Below, in pieces: positions 41,491 through 51,118 of a DNA stretch of 64,000 bases. The DNA is taken from the NCBI GenBank assembly GCA_964553145.1, contig CAZKJZ010000001.1, positions 4,578-68,577 of the forward strand, written 5' to 3'. The notes beneath the pieces were generated by a model. That model ran no database searches and had not been told where the DNA came from. It worked only from the letters and a program-made list of their open reading frames with translations. Numbering within the stretch: the stretch's first letter is position 1; each line of letters begins with the position of its first letter. The translations under genes were made by a program, and so were the position numbers. The DNA is from an uncultured Frigidibacter sp. GTDB lineage: Bacteria; Pseudomonadota; Alphaproteobacteria; Rhodobacterales; Rhodobacteraceae.

Positions 41491-42403
41491 CGCCTGCGCG
41501 GCGACGCGAGCTCGCCGATGAAGTCTGCGGCACCTGGAAGGTCAGCATTCGGCGAACCTGTCAGGTGCTTGGGGCGGAGCGATCGAGCTACCACTACAAG
41601 GGCAAGCGTCGCTCGCAGGCGGCCCTGGAGCACAGGATCAAGGAATGAGGAGGATCAGCAGAGAGTCCGGGGGACTGTCTGCCCGGCGAATGCCGAGACC
41701 CGTGTGCGCTACGGGTATCGGCCTATACACATCCTGCTGCGCCGCGAAGGCTGGTCCATAAATCAGAAGCGTGTCTATCGTCTTTACAAGGGCTTAGGAT
41801 TGCAACTGAGGAACAAGACACCCAAGCGGTGCGTGAAGGCCAAGCTCAGGGAGGACCGCAAGCCGCCGATCCGGGTGAACGAAACCTGGGCCATGGACTT
41901 CGTTCATGACCAGTTGGTCACCGGCACGAAGATCCGTGTCCTGACCGTCATCGACACCTTCAGCCGCTATTCCCCGGCCATCGTGCCCAGGCTGCGGTTC
42001 CGCGCGCCGGATGTCATCGAGGTGCTCGAAAAGGTTGGCGCCGAGATCGGCCTGCCGGGGACGATCCGCGTCGATCAGGGCAGCGGGTTCGTCTCGCGCG
42101 ATCTGGACCTCTGGGCCTGCCAGCGGAACATTACGCACGACGTCTCGCGGCCGGGCAAGCCCATCGATCGAGCCAGTTTCCGCCATTGGTCCGAGGAAAA
42201 TGGCGAGGGCCTTCATCGAGAGCCTGAACGGGAAGTTCCGCATGGAATGCCTGAACGCGCACTGGTTCATGAGCCTCGACGACGTGGCCCGAAAATGCGA
42301 GGCTTGGCGTAGAGACTACAACGAAGTTCGCCCACACAGTTCGATCGGCAATATACCCCCGAAAGAGCTCATGAAACGGTTGGCGGCAAATGGCCCGCGC
42401 TGA
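41487..42403 (+). pseudogene. IS3 OrfB (rve) disrupted by two short insertions
   Basis: RYGYR, WAMDFVHD, IRVDQG, FIESLNGKFR.ECLN and DYN..RPHSS are split across frames. Confidence 0.85.
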
Positions 42404-42460
42404 CCGGAGAACGGCGGGAAAGCTCTGCCCGGGCGGTCCAACATCGGGTAGCAGGTCACA

Positions 42461-42509
42461 AGGTCGGAAAACTCCAGCGTCCGGCGGTCCAAAGTTGGGT
42501 CTCAGAGCA
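42461..42509 (+). mobile_element. Orphan right end of a second IS3-type element
   Basis: GGAAAACTC...GGCGGTCCAAAGTTGGGTCTCAGAGCA parallels the preceding IS right end. Confidence 0.5.
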
Positions 42510-42758
42510 ATCAACCCAAGGACTCTCCCCATCCCCGGAGGGAAGTCAGGGCTCAGGTCATCCCAAGTCGAAGCTATCGATGCCTGCATTGCTCGAGGCA
42601 ATGGACAGATCCTGGGTCCCCGCATCGCGGATTACTGCAATAGAGGGCTCGGGAATGACACAAAGTCCGAACCCGCCCGGGGCTATGAATAAGCCGCCGG
42701 TCAACACCTCCTCAAGAGTGCCGGCGGCGGTCGGGCAGGATTTCTGCCTGGGGATCCC

Positions 42759-43688
42759 TTACAACTGCACCAGGTCCCGCCCCTTTAAGGCAAGCATCGT
42801 GCGGGCATCCGCCGGCGTGGCAATTTGCAGGCCAAGGTCTTCGACGATGGTGCGGATCTTGGCGACCTGTTCGGCGTTCGATGTCGAAAGCTTGCCGCGT
42901 TCGATGAAGAGGCTGTCTTCGAGCCCCACGCGCACATGGCCGCCGCGCATCGCCGCTTGAGTGGCAAAGGGCATCTGAGACCGCCCCGCCGCCAGAACCG
43001 ACCATTCCGCCGCATCGCCGAACAGGCGGTCGGCAGTGGCCTTCATGAAGGCGAGGTTCTCCCAATCGGCTGAGATCCCACCAAGGATGCCGAAGATCGT
43101 CTGGATCAGGAAGGGCGGCTCGATGATCCAGCGGTCGACGAAATGCGCAAGGTTGTAAAGGTGGCCCACGTCATAGCATTCGTGTTCGAAGCGTGTGCCA
43201 TGATCCTTGCCCAGAAGGTTGATGATCCGTTCGATGTCGCCAAAGGTGTTGCGGAAGATGAAATCCTTGGTGCCGCGCAGGTAGGGCTGCTCCCAGTCGT
43301 GCTTCCAGTCGGTCGGGCGTTCGGCCAGCGGGAAGATCGCGAAGTTCATTGAGCCCATATTCAGCGAACACATCTCAGGCTTGAAGCGCAGCGGGCCTTC
43401 CAGCCGTTCCTCGACCGTCATGGTCAGGCCGCCGCCGGTCGTCAGGTTCATCACGGCATCGGTTGCGGCGTGGATCGCCGGCAGGAACTGCGCGTAAAGC
43501 GCAGGATCGGATGCGGGTCGCCCGGTGACAGGATCGCGGGCGTGCAGGTGCAGGATCGCAGCACCCGCTTCCGCCGCCTCGATCGCGGATTGGGCAATTT
43601 GTGCCGGGGTGACCGGCAGATGCGGCGACATCGAGGGAGTGTGGATGGCGCCGGTGATCGCGCAGGAGATGATGACTTTCTTGGCCAT
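42759..43688 (-). CDS. Beta-keto acid cleavage enzyme (BKACE/DUF849), intact
   Basis: CAITGAIHTPSMSP, EAGAAILHLHAR, TTGG, LNMGSMNF, ECYDVGH, RVGLED. Confidence 0.93.
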   Translation of the reverse strand: MAKKVIISCAITGAIHTPSMSPHLPVTPAQIAQSAIEAAEAGAAILHLHARDPVTGRPASDPALYAQFLPAIHAATDAVMNLTTGGGLTMTVEERLEGPLRFKPEMCSLNMGSMNFAIFPLAERPTDWKHDWEQPYLRGTKDFIFRNTFGDIERIINLLGKDHGTRFEHECYDVGHLYNLAHFVDRWIIEPPFLIQTIFGILGGISADWENLAFMKATADRLFGDAAEWSVLAAGRSQMPFATQAAMRGGHVRVGLEDSLFIERGKLSTSNAEQVAKIRTIVEDLGLQIATPADARTMLALKGRDLVQL

Positions 43689-43697
43689 GGGATGTCC

Positions 43698-44648
43698 TTA
43701 CGTGGCGCTGGTCGGGATCGGGACGCGGGCAGCCAGAAGAGACAGGATGGTCTGGTCACGCTCCGCTGCGAAGGCGGTCACCGCCTTGCCATCCACGGCC
43801 TCCGCCATGGCTGCGGTGATCGCCTGTTGCTCGGCGGGGCCGATCTCAGGGTTGCCCAACTCGGCCCAGAGCTTCTTCTGCATCGGAGCGAACTGGGTCA
43901 TGAATGCCTCCATTCCGCCCGCGCCGCCCGCCAGATGATAGGTTAAAAAGGGCCCCATCACCGCCCACCGCAAGCCGGGTCCTTCGGTCATCGCCTTGTC
44001 GATATCGGCAATTGAGGCGACGCCCGCTTGGAGCATGTGGATGGCTTCGCGGAACACCGCCCCTTGCAGGCGGTTGGCGACATGGCCAAAGATTTCCCTG
44101 TTCAGACGGATGGTGGACTTGCCAAGCCCTTGGTAGAAAGCCTCCGCCCGCGCCAAAGCTTCGGGACTGGTCAGCGCACCGCCTGCCACCTCGACCAAGG
44201 GGATCAAGTGCGGTGGGTTGAACGGATGGCCCAGAACCACGCGTTCGGGGTGCTGGCAGTCGCGTTGCATCGCCGTGATGGTGATGGCCGAGGAACTGGA
44301 GGCGATCAGCACATCCGGCCGGACATGGGTGTCGATCTCGGCCAGAAGGGCGACCTTTTCGGCCTCGCGTTCGACTGCATTTTCCTGCACGAAATCGGCG
44401 CTCTTGACGGCCTCAGCCAGGTTGGGCTCGAACCGCAGCGTGCCGGTCTGACCTTCCTGGACGAGGCCAAGTCTTTGCAGGTCCGGCCAGACCTTCGCTA
44501 TCGCCGCCCGCAAGCCCGCTTCGGCCCTCGGATTGATGTCGGTGGCAACGACGTCCAGCCCACGCGCCAGAAACAAGGCCGACCAGCTGGCCCCGATCGT
44601 GCCGCAGCCCACGACCGCGACGGTGCCAATCCCTTCAGGATGTTTCAT
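43698..44648 (-). CDS. 3-hydroxyacid dehydrogenase (carnitine dehydrogenase / lambda-crystallin-like)
   Basis: VGCGTIG.SW, ADFVQEN..E, SSSS, GHPFNPP.LIPLVE, NRLQ, GPGLRW..MG. Confidence 0.9.
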   Translation of the reverse strand: MKHPEGIGTVAVVGCGTIGASWSALFLARGLDVVATDINPRAEAGLRAAIAKVWPDLQRLGLVQEGQTGTLRFEPNLAEAVKSADFVQENAVEREAEKVALLAEIDTHVRPDVLIASSSSAITITAMQRDCQHPERVVLGHPFNPPHLIPLVEVAGGALTSPEALARAEAFYQGLGKSTIRLNREIFGHVANRLQGAVFREAIHMLQAGVASIADIDKAMTEGPGLRWAVMGPFLTYHLAGGAGGMEAFMTQFAPMQKKLWAELGNPEIGPAEQQAITAAMAEAVDGKAVTAFAAERDQTILSLLAARVPIPTSAT

Positions 44649-44656
44649 TCCCAGCC

Positions 44657-45187
44657 TCAGACGCCAGCGTCGACGAGAACGGCCAGAAGCAGCGCGTTCT
44701 CGGTGCCGCGATTGACCCAGGCGTGGTTGGTGCCGCGCTGGATCACCACGTCGAAGGGTTTCAGGTCACGCTCTTCCTTGTCCAGCACCAGAGTGATCTG
44801 GCCCGACAGCAGCACGATGTAGTCTGTTGAACGCGACTGGTGCATCGATTCGTGGCGGCTGGTGTCCGGCTGCAGATGCGCGCCGTTCATCGAGGCGAAC
44901 CAGTCGCGCCCGGTCTTCTGGCGTTCCTCCCAGGACAGATGGGCGCTTTCGGACTCCGGGGCGATCTCGAAGAACCGAAACACCGTGCCACCCTTGGGAG
45001 GCTCCAGCTCGTTCGATTGCTCGGCCAGATCGACCGGGGTCTTTTGGTCGTGCGGGCCGGGATGGGTCAGCCACATCTCGGTCAAGACCGTGATTGTGTG
45101 CTGGGCGATATCGTCGATCAGCACGCCGGATTTGCCGCTCTCGTCATTCGCGGTGACGATGCGCCGGATCTGTTTCAGCATGGTCAT
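44657..45187 (-). CDS. Cupin-domain protein
   Basis: RRIVT...GKS, MH...S.DY..LSG, D.VIQRGTNHAW.N. Confidence 0.85.
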   Translation of the reverse strand: MTMLKQIRRIVTANDESGKSGVLIDDIAQHTITVLTEMWLTHPGPHDQKTPVDLAEQSNELEPPKGGTVFRFFEIAPESESAHLSWEERQKTGRDWFASMNGAHLQPDTSRHESMHQSRSTDYIVLLSGQITLVLDKEERDLKPFDVVIQRGTNHAWVNRGTENALLLAVLVDAGV

Positions 45188-46191
45188 TTCTCCCGTTTGG
45201 TTTTGAAAAGGCGCCCGAGATCAAGCTCGCGGTCGCCCAAGAGCCCTTCGTTTCGGAAGAGCAGAACGCCAATCATGCAAAGGGCGATGGCCACATTGGC
45301 CGTGCCTGCGGGTACGTCGAGGGGCAGGCCTGCGACGTTGACCCCGTTTTGCAGCTTGCTGAAGAAATTGCTGGCGAAGCTGATGATCGCGGTGCCAAAG
45401 ATGGCGCCCGACAGGCTGCGCATGCCGCCCACCACCATCATGGCGAAGAGAAGGATGGTGAGGTCGATGTAGAAGTCGGCGGACGAGAAAGAGCCGATAG
45501 ATAGGGCATAGAGCCCGCCTGCCGCGCCCATCAGGGCTGCACTCAGGACGAAGGCCGCCATCCGAGTGCCGCCAATGTTGATCCCGCCGGATTCCGCCGC
45601 GAACTCATCTTCGCGGGTGGCCCGCAGGCGCAGGCCAAGGCGCGAGGACTGAAACAGCAGCGCTACGACGAGCGCGCCCAAGAGCCAGGGCGTCACGGTC
45701 CACAGCGTCGCCGCCAAGGGCACCCGGAACACCGAGCCGCCGCTCGAGGACAGTCGGACATTCGTGAAGAAGATGTTGGCGATCAGCAAAAGCGCCAGGG
45801 TGGCAATGGACAATGCCTGCGCGTTCAACCTGCGCAGCGGGAAGAACAGGATCGCCGCCGCCAGCGCCGCCAACACCCCGCCGATCAGGACACCCACGTG
45901 CGGCGGCACCGAGATATCGGCAAGGAAGGAAGGCAGGTTCGGGAAGATCGCCGGTTTGACTTTGGCTGGAACCGTCAACAGGCCACAAGCATAAGCTCCG
46001 ATGGCAACGAAGGTGACATGGCCAAAGGCCAGCACGCCGGAATTGCCACAGAAAAGGTAAAGGCCCACGACCATGACCATCAGGATCAAGCTGGACATGG
46101 TGGCCCCGGTCAGCCAGGGCGAGCCGATCAGTGAGACCAGCGCCACCGGCAGAAGGACCATCAGGCCAAGGGTCAGAAGCCGAAAGATCAT
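45184..46191 (-). CDS. Branched-chain-type ABC permease (LivM-like)
   Basis: G.SG...FGH..F.AIGAY, LRATREDE.AA, VVGG. Confidence 0.9.
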   Translation of the reverse strand: MIFRLLTLGLMVLLPVALVSLIGSPWLTGATMSSLILMVMVVGLYLFCGNSGVLAFGHVTFVAIGAYACGLLTVPAKVKPAIFPNLPSFLADISVPPHVGVLIGGVLAALAAAILFFPLRRLNAQALSIATLALLLIANIFFTNVRLSSSGGSVFRVPLAATLWTVTPWLLGALVVALLFQSSRLGLRLRATREDEFAAESGGINIGGTRMAAFVLSAALMGAAGGLYALSIGSFSSADFYIDLTILLFAMMVVGGMRSLSGAIFGTAIISFASNFFSKLQNGVNVAGLPLDVPAGTANVAIALCMIGVLLFRNEGLLGDRELDLGRLFKTKREK

Positions 46192-47072
46192 GCGCGCACC
46201 CCCCGGCCAAAGGCGACGAACAGACCCTGCGGACGGAACAGCAGCACGAGGATCACTGCGGCAAAGACGAAGGCATCGCGGAACGGGCTGACCGCCTGCG
46301 GCAACAGGATTTGCGCCAAAACGGTGGCAAAGCCGATCAGGAAGCCGCCCGACGCCGCGCCGGGGATGCTGCCAAGCCCGCCCAGAACCGTGGCGATGAA
46401 GCCCAGGATGACCGCCCGGCCCCCAAGGTTATAGGTCGCAGTGCCGACCTGCAGCGCCAGAATCATTCCCGCCGCCGCTGCCATGATGCCGCTGAGTGCA
46501 AAAGAGGTGGCCACGACGAGATTGGCCCGGACGCCCGCAAGGCGCGCCATCTGGAAATCCTCGGCCGCGGCGCGAAGTTGCATCCCGATCGAGGTGCGTT
46601 TCAGCAGATAGATCAGTCCGCCGCCCAGAAAAGCTAAAACACCCATGGTGATCAAGTTCAGCGCCGACAACCGCAGCCCCGCCACGACCACGGGTTCGGC
46701 CAGGTATTGCGCGATGTCGATGCCTTTGGGGCGCGAGCCGAAGGCGATCAGAAGGATGTTCTGGATAAGCAGACTCAACCCCAGCGACATGACCATCAGC
46801 GTCGGCATCGGGGCCTTGATGATGCGGCGGAAGGCGAAACGCTCCATCGCCAGTGCAAGTATCACGACAGCCGCGAAGCCCGCGATCAGGGCAGGGATAT
46901 TGCCGATCATGCCGGTCATCAGCAGGCTGAAGCCGCCAACGGTGATCAGGTCGCCATTGGCGAAGTTCACGATGCGGGCGACGCCGAAGATCATCGCGAT
47001 GGACAGCGCGAAGAGGGCATAAAGGCAGCCAAGGCTGATCGCGTCGATCAGGTTCTGAAGAATGAAGATCAC
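46188..47072 (-). CDS. Branched-chain-type ABC permease (LivH-like)
   Basis: G.LYAL, VNFANG, T..G...RA.AED...A.L.GV, VLGGLGS, RPQGL. Confidence 0.92.
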   Translation of the reverse strand: MIFILQNLIDAISLGCLYALFALSIAMIFGVARIVNFANGDLITVGGFSLLMTGMIGNIPALIAGFAAVVILALAMERFAFRRIIKAPMPTLMVMSLGLSLLIQNILLIAFGSRPKGIDIAQYLAEPVVVAGLRLSALNLITMGVLAFLGGGLIYLLKRTSIGMQLRAAAEDFQMARLAGVRANLVVATSFALSGIMAAAAGMILALQVGTATYNLGGRAVILGFIATVLGGLGSIPGAASGGFLIGFATVLAQILLPQAVSPFRDAFVFAAVILVLLFRPQGLFVAFGRGVRA

Positions 47073-47794
47073 GGCGTCCCCTCCTTGGCCAGCGTTGACG
47101 AGAAGTATTCGGCGATCAGGTCGCCGCCTTGGCCCGCCTCGGAACTGCGCCGCAACTCTCCGGTCAGCATCAAATGCGAAGTGTCGGCCAGTTCCATCGC
47201 GGCAACCGCGTTCTGTTCGACGAGGATGACGCCCAGCCCTTCGCGTTTCAATTCGCGCACGATGTCGAAGATCTGGACGATGATGAGGGGCGCAAGACCC
47301 AATGATGGTTCGTCCAGCAGCAAAAAACGCGGGCGCGAGACCAGAGCGCGGGCGATGGCGAGTTGCTGTGCTTCGCCGCCCGAGAGCGTGCCGCCTGCCG
47401 CCGTGCGCCGCCTAGCAAGTGCCGGAAAGCGGTCATACATGGCTTCGGCGTCGGCGGCAGCCGCCTTTTGGTCAGCGCGGATGACAGTGCCGATGCGGAT
47501 ATTCTCTTCCACCGACAGCGAGTTGAAGATGCGCCGCCCTTCCGGCACCAGCGCCACACCCTGCCGCAGGATCTGTTCCGGCGAATGCCCGGTCAGGTCC
47601 TTGCCGTCGACAGCGACGCGGCCCGACACCCGGCCCACGCTGCCGCCGGCAATGGCGTTAAGGACGCTCGACTTGCCCGCGCCGTTCGGGCCGACGATGG
47701 TGACGATCTTGCCCGGCTCGCAGGTGATCGAAACGCAGCGTGCGGCCCGCACGCTGCCGTATTGGACCGAAAGGTTTTCGATGACCAGACTCAT
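47069..47794 (-). CDS. ABC ATPase (LivF-like)
   Basis: GPNGAGKS, VPEGRRIF, LSGGE.Q, LDEPSLGLAP, VEQN. Confidence 0.93.
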   Translation of the reverse strand: MSLVIENLSVQYGSVRAARCVSITCEPGKIVTIVGPNGAGKSSVLNAIAGGSVGRVSGRVAVDGKDLTGHSPEQILRQGVALVPEGRRIFNSLSVEENIRIGTVIRADQKAAAADAEAMYDRFPALARRRTAAGGTLSGGEAQQLAIARALVSRPRFLLLDEPSLGLAPLIIVQIFDIVRELKREGLGVILVEQNAVAAMELADTSHLMLTGELRRSSEAGQGGDLIAEYFSSTLAKEGTP

Positions 47795-48561
47795 GCCGCG
47801 CCCCCCAGATAGGCTTTGCGCACTTCGGCATTGGCCGAGACTTCCTCCGGCGTGCCGACGGCAAGGGTGCGGCCGTAGTTCAAGACGTGAATCCGATGGC
47901 ACGCCCGCATGATCAGCCGCATGTCGTGTTCGATCAGCAGCACCCCGCAGCCAAACCGCGCCGCAAGGTTGGAGATCAGACCCTCCAACTCGTCGGTTTC
48001 CACGTCATCAAGGCCCGCTGCCGGTTCATCCAACAAAAGGTGGCTTGGCCGCAGCGCCAACGCGCGCATCAGGGCCACCCGCCGCTCCATCCCTTGCGGT
48101 AGATCGCCCGCCCGGGTGTCGGCCAGAGACCTCAACTCGCCCACCTTCAGCAGTTCAGCCACCAGCGCGCGCGCCTGCGAACGGTTGCGATGGGTGGTCG
48201 AGGCATAGACTTCCAGATTTTCCGACACCGTCAGGGCGGCGAACAGGCGGGCGGATTGGAAGGTCCGCCCCAAACCGTGCCGCGCCCGATCCGCCACTGG
48301 CAGGCGCGTGACATCGCGCCCTCCGATATGGACTGTGCCTTCCGTCGGCCGCTGAACCCCGCTCAACACATTGACCAGCGTGGTCTTCCCGGCGCCATTG
48401 GGGCCGATCAGCCCAAGGATCTCGCCCGGGGCAACCTCCAGCGATACGTCTTCGAGGGCGGTGATCAATCCGAACCGCACGCTGACATGGCGCGCGACGA
48501 GGGAGCTTGTCAGCTCCCCCGTCTGTTCGGACCGCACGCCCATTGCGGCTGCGGCGGTCAC
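47791..48561 (-). CDS. ABC ATPase (LivG-like)
   Basis: LIGPNGAGKTT, RTFQ, LDEPAAGL, IEHDM, V..AYLG. Confidence 0.93.
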   Translation of the reverse strand: MTAAAAMGVRSEQTGELTSSLVARHVSVRFGLITALEDVSLEVAPGEILGLIGPNGAGKTTLVNVLSGVQRPTEGTVHIGGRDVTRLPVADRARHGLGRTFQSARLFAALTVSENLEVYASTTHRNRSQARALVAELLKVGELRSLADTRAGDLPQGMERRVALMRALALRPSHLLLDEPAAGLDDVETDELEGLISNLAARFGCGVLLIEHDMRLIMRACHRIHVLNYGRTLAVGTPEEVSANAEVRKAYLGGAA

Positions 48562-48581
48562 GTGCGTGGTCCTTCGAGCCG

Positions 48582-49748
48582 TCAGTTCTGGATGTTGACG
48601 GTCTTGAAGTAGGACACTTTGTCCCCGTCGTATTTCAGGACGGTGACCGGGCCGCTGGCCTTGATATGCACCTTATTGGTGTACGTGATCTCGCCGCCAA
48701 GCACCTTGAAGGCGGTCATCTTGTCCAGAGCGGCCGACAGCGCTGCGCCGTCGGTCTTGCCGCCAGTTTCGTGCAGGGCCGCAGCGATCAACTCGCCGAC
48801 GTTGTAGCCTTCGATGGCCTGGCTGGTGGCAGGTGCCGCGCCAGTGGCCTTGGTGAAGTTCTCGACGAAGGCCTTGACGGCCGCATCCGGGTCATCGCCG
48901 TAGATCGAGGCAACGGCGGTTTCATAGAACTCGCCCAGATTGCCAACCCCAACAACCCAGTCGGTCCCACCCAGCCCCAGAGGCGCGCCGATCAGCTGAG
49001 CCAGCTTGGCCGCCCGGATTTGCAGCAGCGCCGTGGCACCGCCCGGCAGATAGGTGGCAATGGCGATAGAGTCGGCCCCCGAGGCCTCGATCTGCGAGAT
49101 TTGCGTTGCGATGGAGGTGTCGCCGTTCTTGAAGGTCGCTTCACCGGCCAAGGTGATCCCCAGCTTGGCAAACTGCGCCTTCACGCCGTCGCCGACTTGG
49201 GTGGAATAGTCGATGGTGTCGTCAATCAGCACAAAGGGCTTCTTCGAGCCCAGATCGGCCAGGGTCTGCGCGATGGCATTGCCTTCCAGATAGGTCGAGG
49301 GCGCCGAGGAATAGGCCTGCGGGCCGATCCCATCTGGCCCGTAGAGCGGCGAGGCGGCGCCGAGCGAGAAGTTCAACATGCCCTGCGCTTGGGCCACATT
49401 GCCAGCCGGGGCGCCCATGTCGAAGTTGGCTGAGGTTAACAGGATTTGCGCGCCATCGTTGATCAATTGGGTCGCGGCATCCTTGGCGCCCGGCTGAGTC
49501 GTGGTGGTGTCCACGACCTTCAGCACCAACTTGTGGCCGTCCACGCCGCCCTTGGCGTTGATCTCGTCCAGGAACACCTTGAACCCGGCCAGCGACGGGC
49601 CGTCGAAGGCGGTCATCCAGCCTGACTGTGCGACGGCGGCACCGATCACAATTTCATCCGCCGCCATGGCAGCAGCTGCAAAGGCACCCGACAACGCCAG
49701 CGTCGCCACACCTTCCAACAACATTCTTCTGGTCAATGTAGTCTTCAT
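48582..49748 (-). CDS. Liv-type periplasmic binding protein
   Basis: TRR-containing signal peptide, EINAKGGVDG, periplasmic binding type 1 pattern. Confidence 0.9.
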   Translation of the reverse strand: MKTTLTRRMLLEGVATLALSGAFAAAAMAADEIVIGAAVAQSGWMTAFDGPSLAGFKVFLDEINAKGGVDGHKLVLKVVDTTTTQPGAKDAATQLINDGAQILLTSANFDMGAPAGNVAQAQGMLNFSLGAASPLYGPDGIGPQAYSSAPSTYLEGNAIAQTLADLGSKKPFVLIDDTIDYSTQVGDGVKAQFAKLGITLAGEATFKNGDTSIATQISQIEASGADSIAIATYLPGGATALLQIRAAKLAQLIGAPLGLGGTDWVVGVGNLGEFYETAVASIYGDDPDAAVKAFVENFTKATGAAPATSQAIEGYNVGELIAAALHETGGKTDGAALSAALDKMTAFKVLGGEITYTNKVHIKASGPVTVLKYDGDKVSYFKTVNIQN

Positions 49749-49911
49749 TTTGTTCTCCCCCCGCGGTCAGTCACGACTTTTCCAAAAACTGACGCGTGAC
49801 GGACCATTGCAACAGGTGCGGGGAGGACAAACGGGGAGTGCGCAGAGGACAATTTGGATTGTGAGACCGCGTGCCCTCGCCTAATCTGGCCTCATTGGGG
49901 GAGGCCCGACC

Positions 49912-50925
49912 ATGTATGCGCCCTACAAACTGTTCGCGCTGATCGAGGTGGCAAAGACCTTCGGCATTCCGGCGGCTAAGGTCCTGCGCGGCACCCGGCT
50001 TGACCTGACAATGCTGGAAGACGCCAAGACGCGCACAAGCGTCGAGCAATATGTCACCGCCTGCGCCAACGTGATCAAGCACTGCGACGACCCGAGGCTA
50101 CCGTTCCGGGTGGGCCAAAGCATCCACCTTTCGGCCTATGGTCTTTACGGCTTTGCCCTGCTGTGCAGTCCGACGGTGCGCGACGGCTTCAACCTCGCCG
50201 TGCGCTACCATCGGCTGGCAACACCACTCTTTTCCATCAACTGGCGGGCGCAGGGCGACCATTTCATCTGGTATTTCCCCAACGAATTCCGCGTCGGCTA
50301 CACCGGAGCGGTCAAGACCTTCCTGCTGGCGCAGCAATTGGCCCAACACATCACCCATATCCAGGACATCGCCAGGGCGGATCGCAAGCCGCTGATGATC
50401 ACGGTGGCCCACGCCGACCCGCCTTCCGCAGCGCTTTACGAAGAGCAACTCGGCTGCCCGGTTCACTTTTCGGCCGGTGCTACCGAGATCCACTACGACC
50501 ACAGCCTTCTGGATGACCGCCCGCCGCTAACCAATCCGGTCACTCTCGCCATGCTGCGTGAGGGCTGTGAGAACCTGATCGGCAAGATCGACGACGCTTC
50601 CAGCATATCGGGGCAGGTCCAGCAATTGATCATGGAGCGCCCCGGAGAGTTTCCATCCATGGAAGTTGTAGCGGGCCATATGAACCTGACCCCCAGAACC
50701 CTTCGGCGGCGCCTGACCGAAGAAGGCACGACTTTTTCCGAAGTCTTCGATCAGGTGCGGCGTGAGCTGGCTGAGAAATACTTGGCCGCAGGAGAATTTA
50801 CGGCTGAGGACATTGCCGATCTACTGGGCTTTGCAGATGCCTCAAACTTTCGACGTTCGTTCCGGCGTTGGACCGGTGTCGTGCCGAGGGCATTTAGGGA
50901 CCGAAGCTCTGGCGCTGAAGCTTAA
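49912..50925 (+). CDS. AraC regulator (OruR/ArgR type)
   Basis: YG..G.A...SPT, VA......RTLRRRL..EGT.F, IA.LLGF.D.SNFRR.F.RWTG. Confidence 0.93.
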   Translation: MYAPYKLFALIEVAKTFGIPAAKVLRGTRLDLTMLEDAKTRTSVEQYVTACANVIKHCDDPRLPFRVGQSIHLSAYGLYGFALLCSPTVRDGFNLAVRYHRLATPLFSINWRAQGDHFIWYFPNEFRVGYTGAVKTFLLAQQLAQHITHIQDIARADRKPLMITVAHADPPSAALYEEQLGCPVHFSAGATEIHYDHSLLDDRPPLTNPVTLAMLREGCENLIGKIDDASSISGQVQQLIMERPGEFPSMEVVAGHMNLTPRTLRRRLTEEGTTFSEVFDQVRRELAEKYLAAGEFTAEDIADLLGFADASNFRRSFRRWTGVVPRAFRDRSSGAEA

Positions 50926-51118
50926 CAACTGACGCAGAAAACCGATCACCAACTGCCCCATCCAGTCCGAAATTGCCAAAACCATGATATCCACAGGAGT
51001 TGGCCAAAGTTGTCGGCAAATGTCTCAACCAACTTGTCGCTCTCCACTGTTTTGATCTTATCGGTTGAATGGAAAGGACCTTATTCCTGTTGCGCGGACA
51101 GTAAGTCGCTACCCACAC

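Larger units (their letters stand above)
41145..42458 (+). mobile_element. IS3 family (IS407-group) element, degenerate
   Basis: IRs TGACCTGCTTCCCG and CGGGTAGCAGGTCA. Contains orfA and a broken orfB. No target duplication seen. Confidence 0.88.

Noticed and set aside
42540-42758. GC-rich inverted repeats downstream of BKACE as an ncRNA
   Set aside because: No recognisable family; may simply be a terminator or REP-like hairpin, and cannot be supported further.
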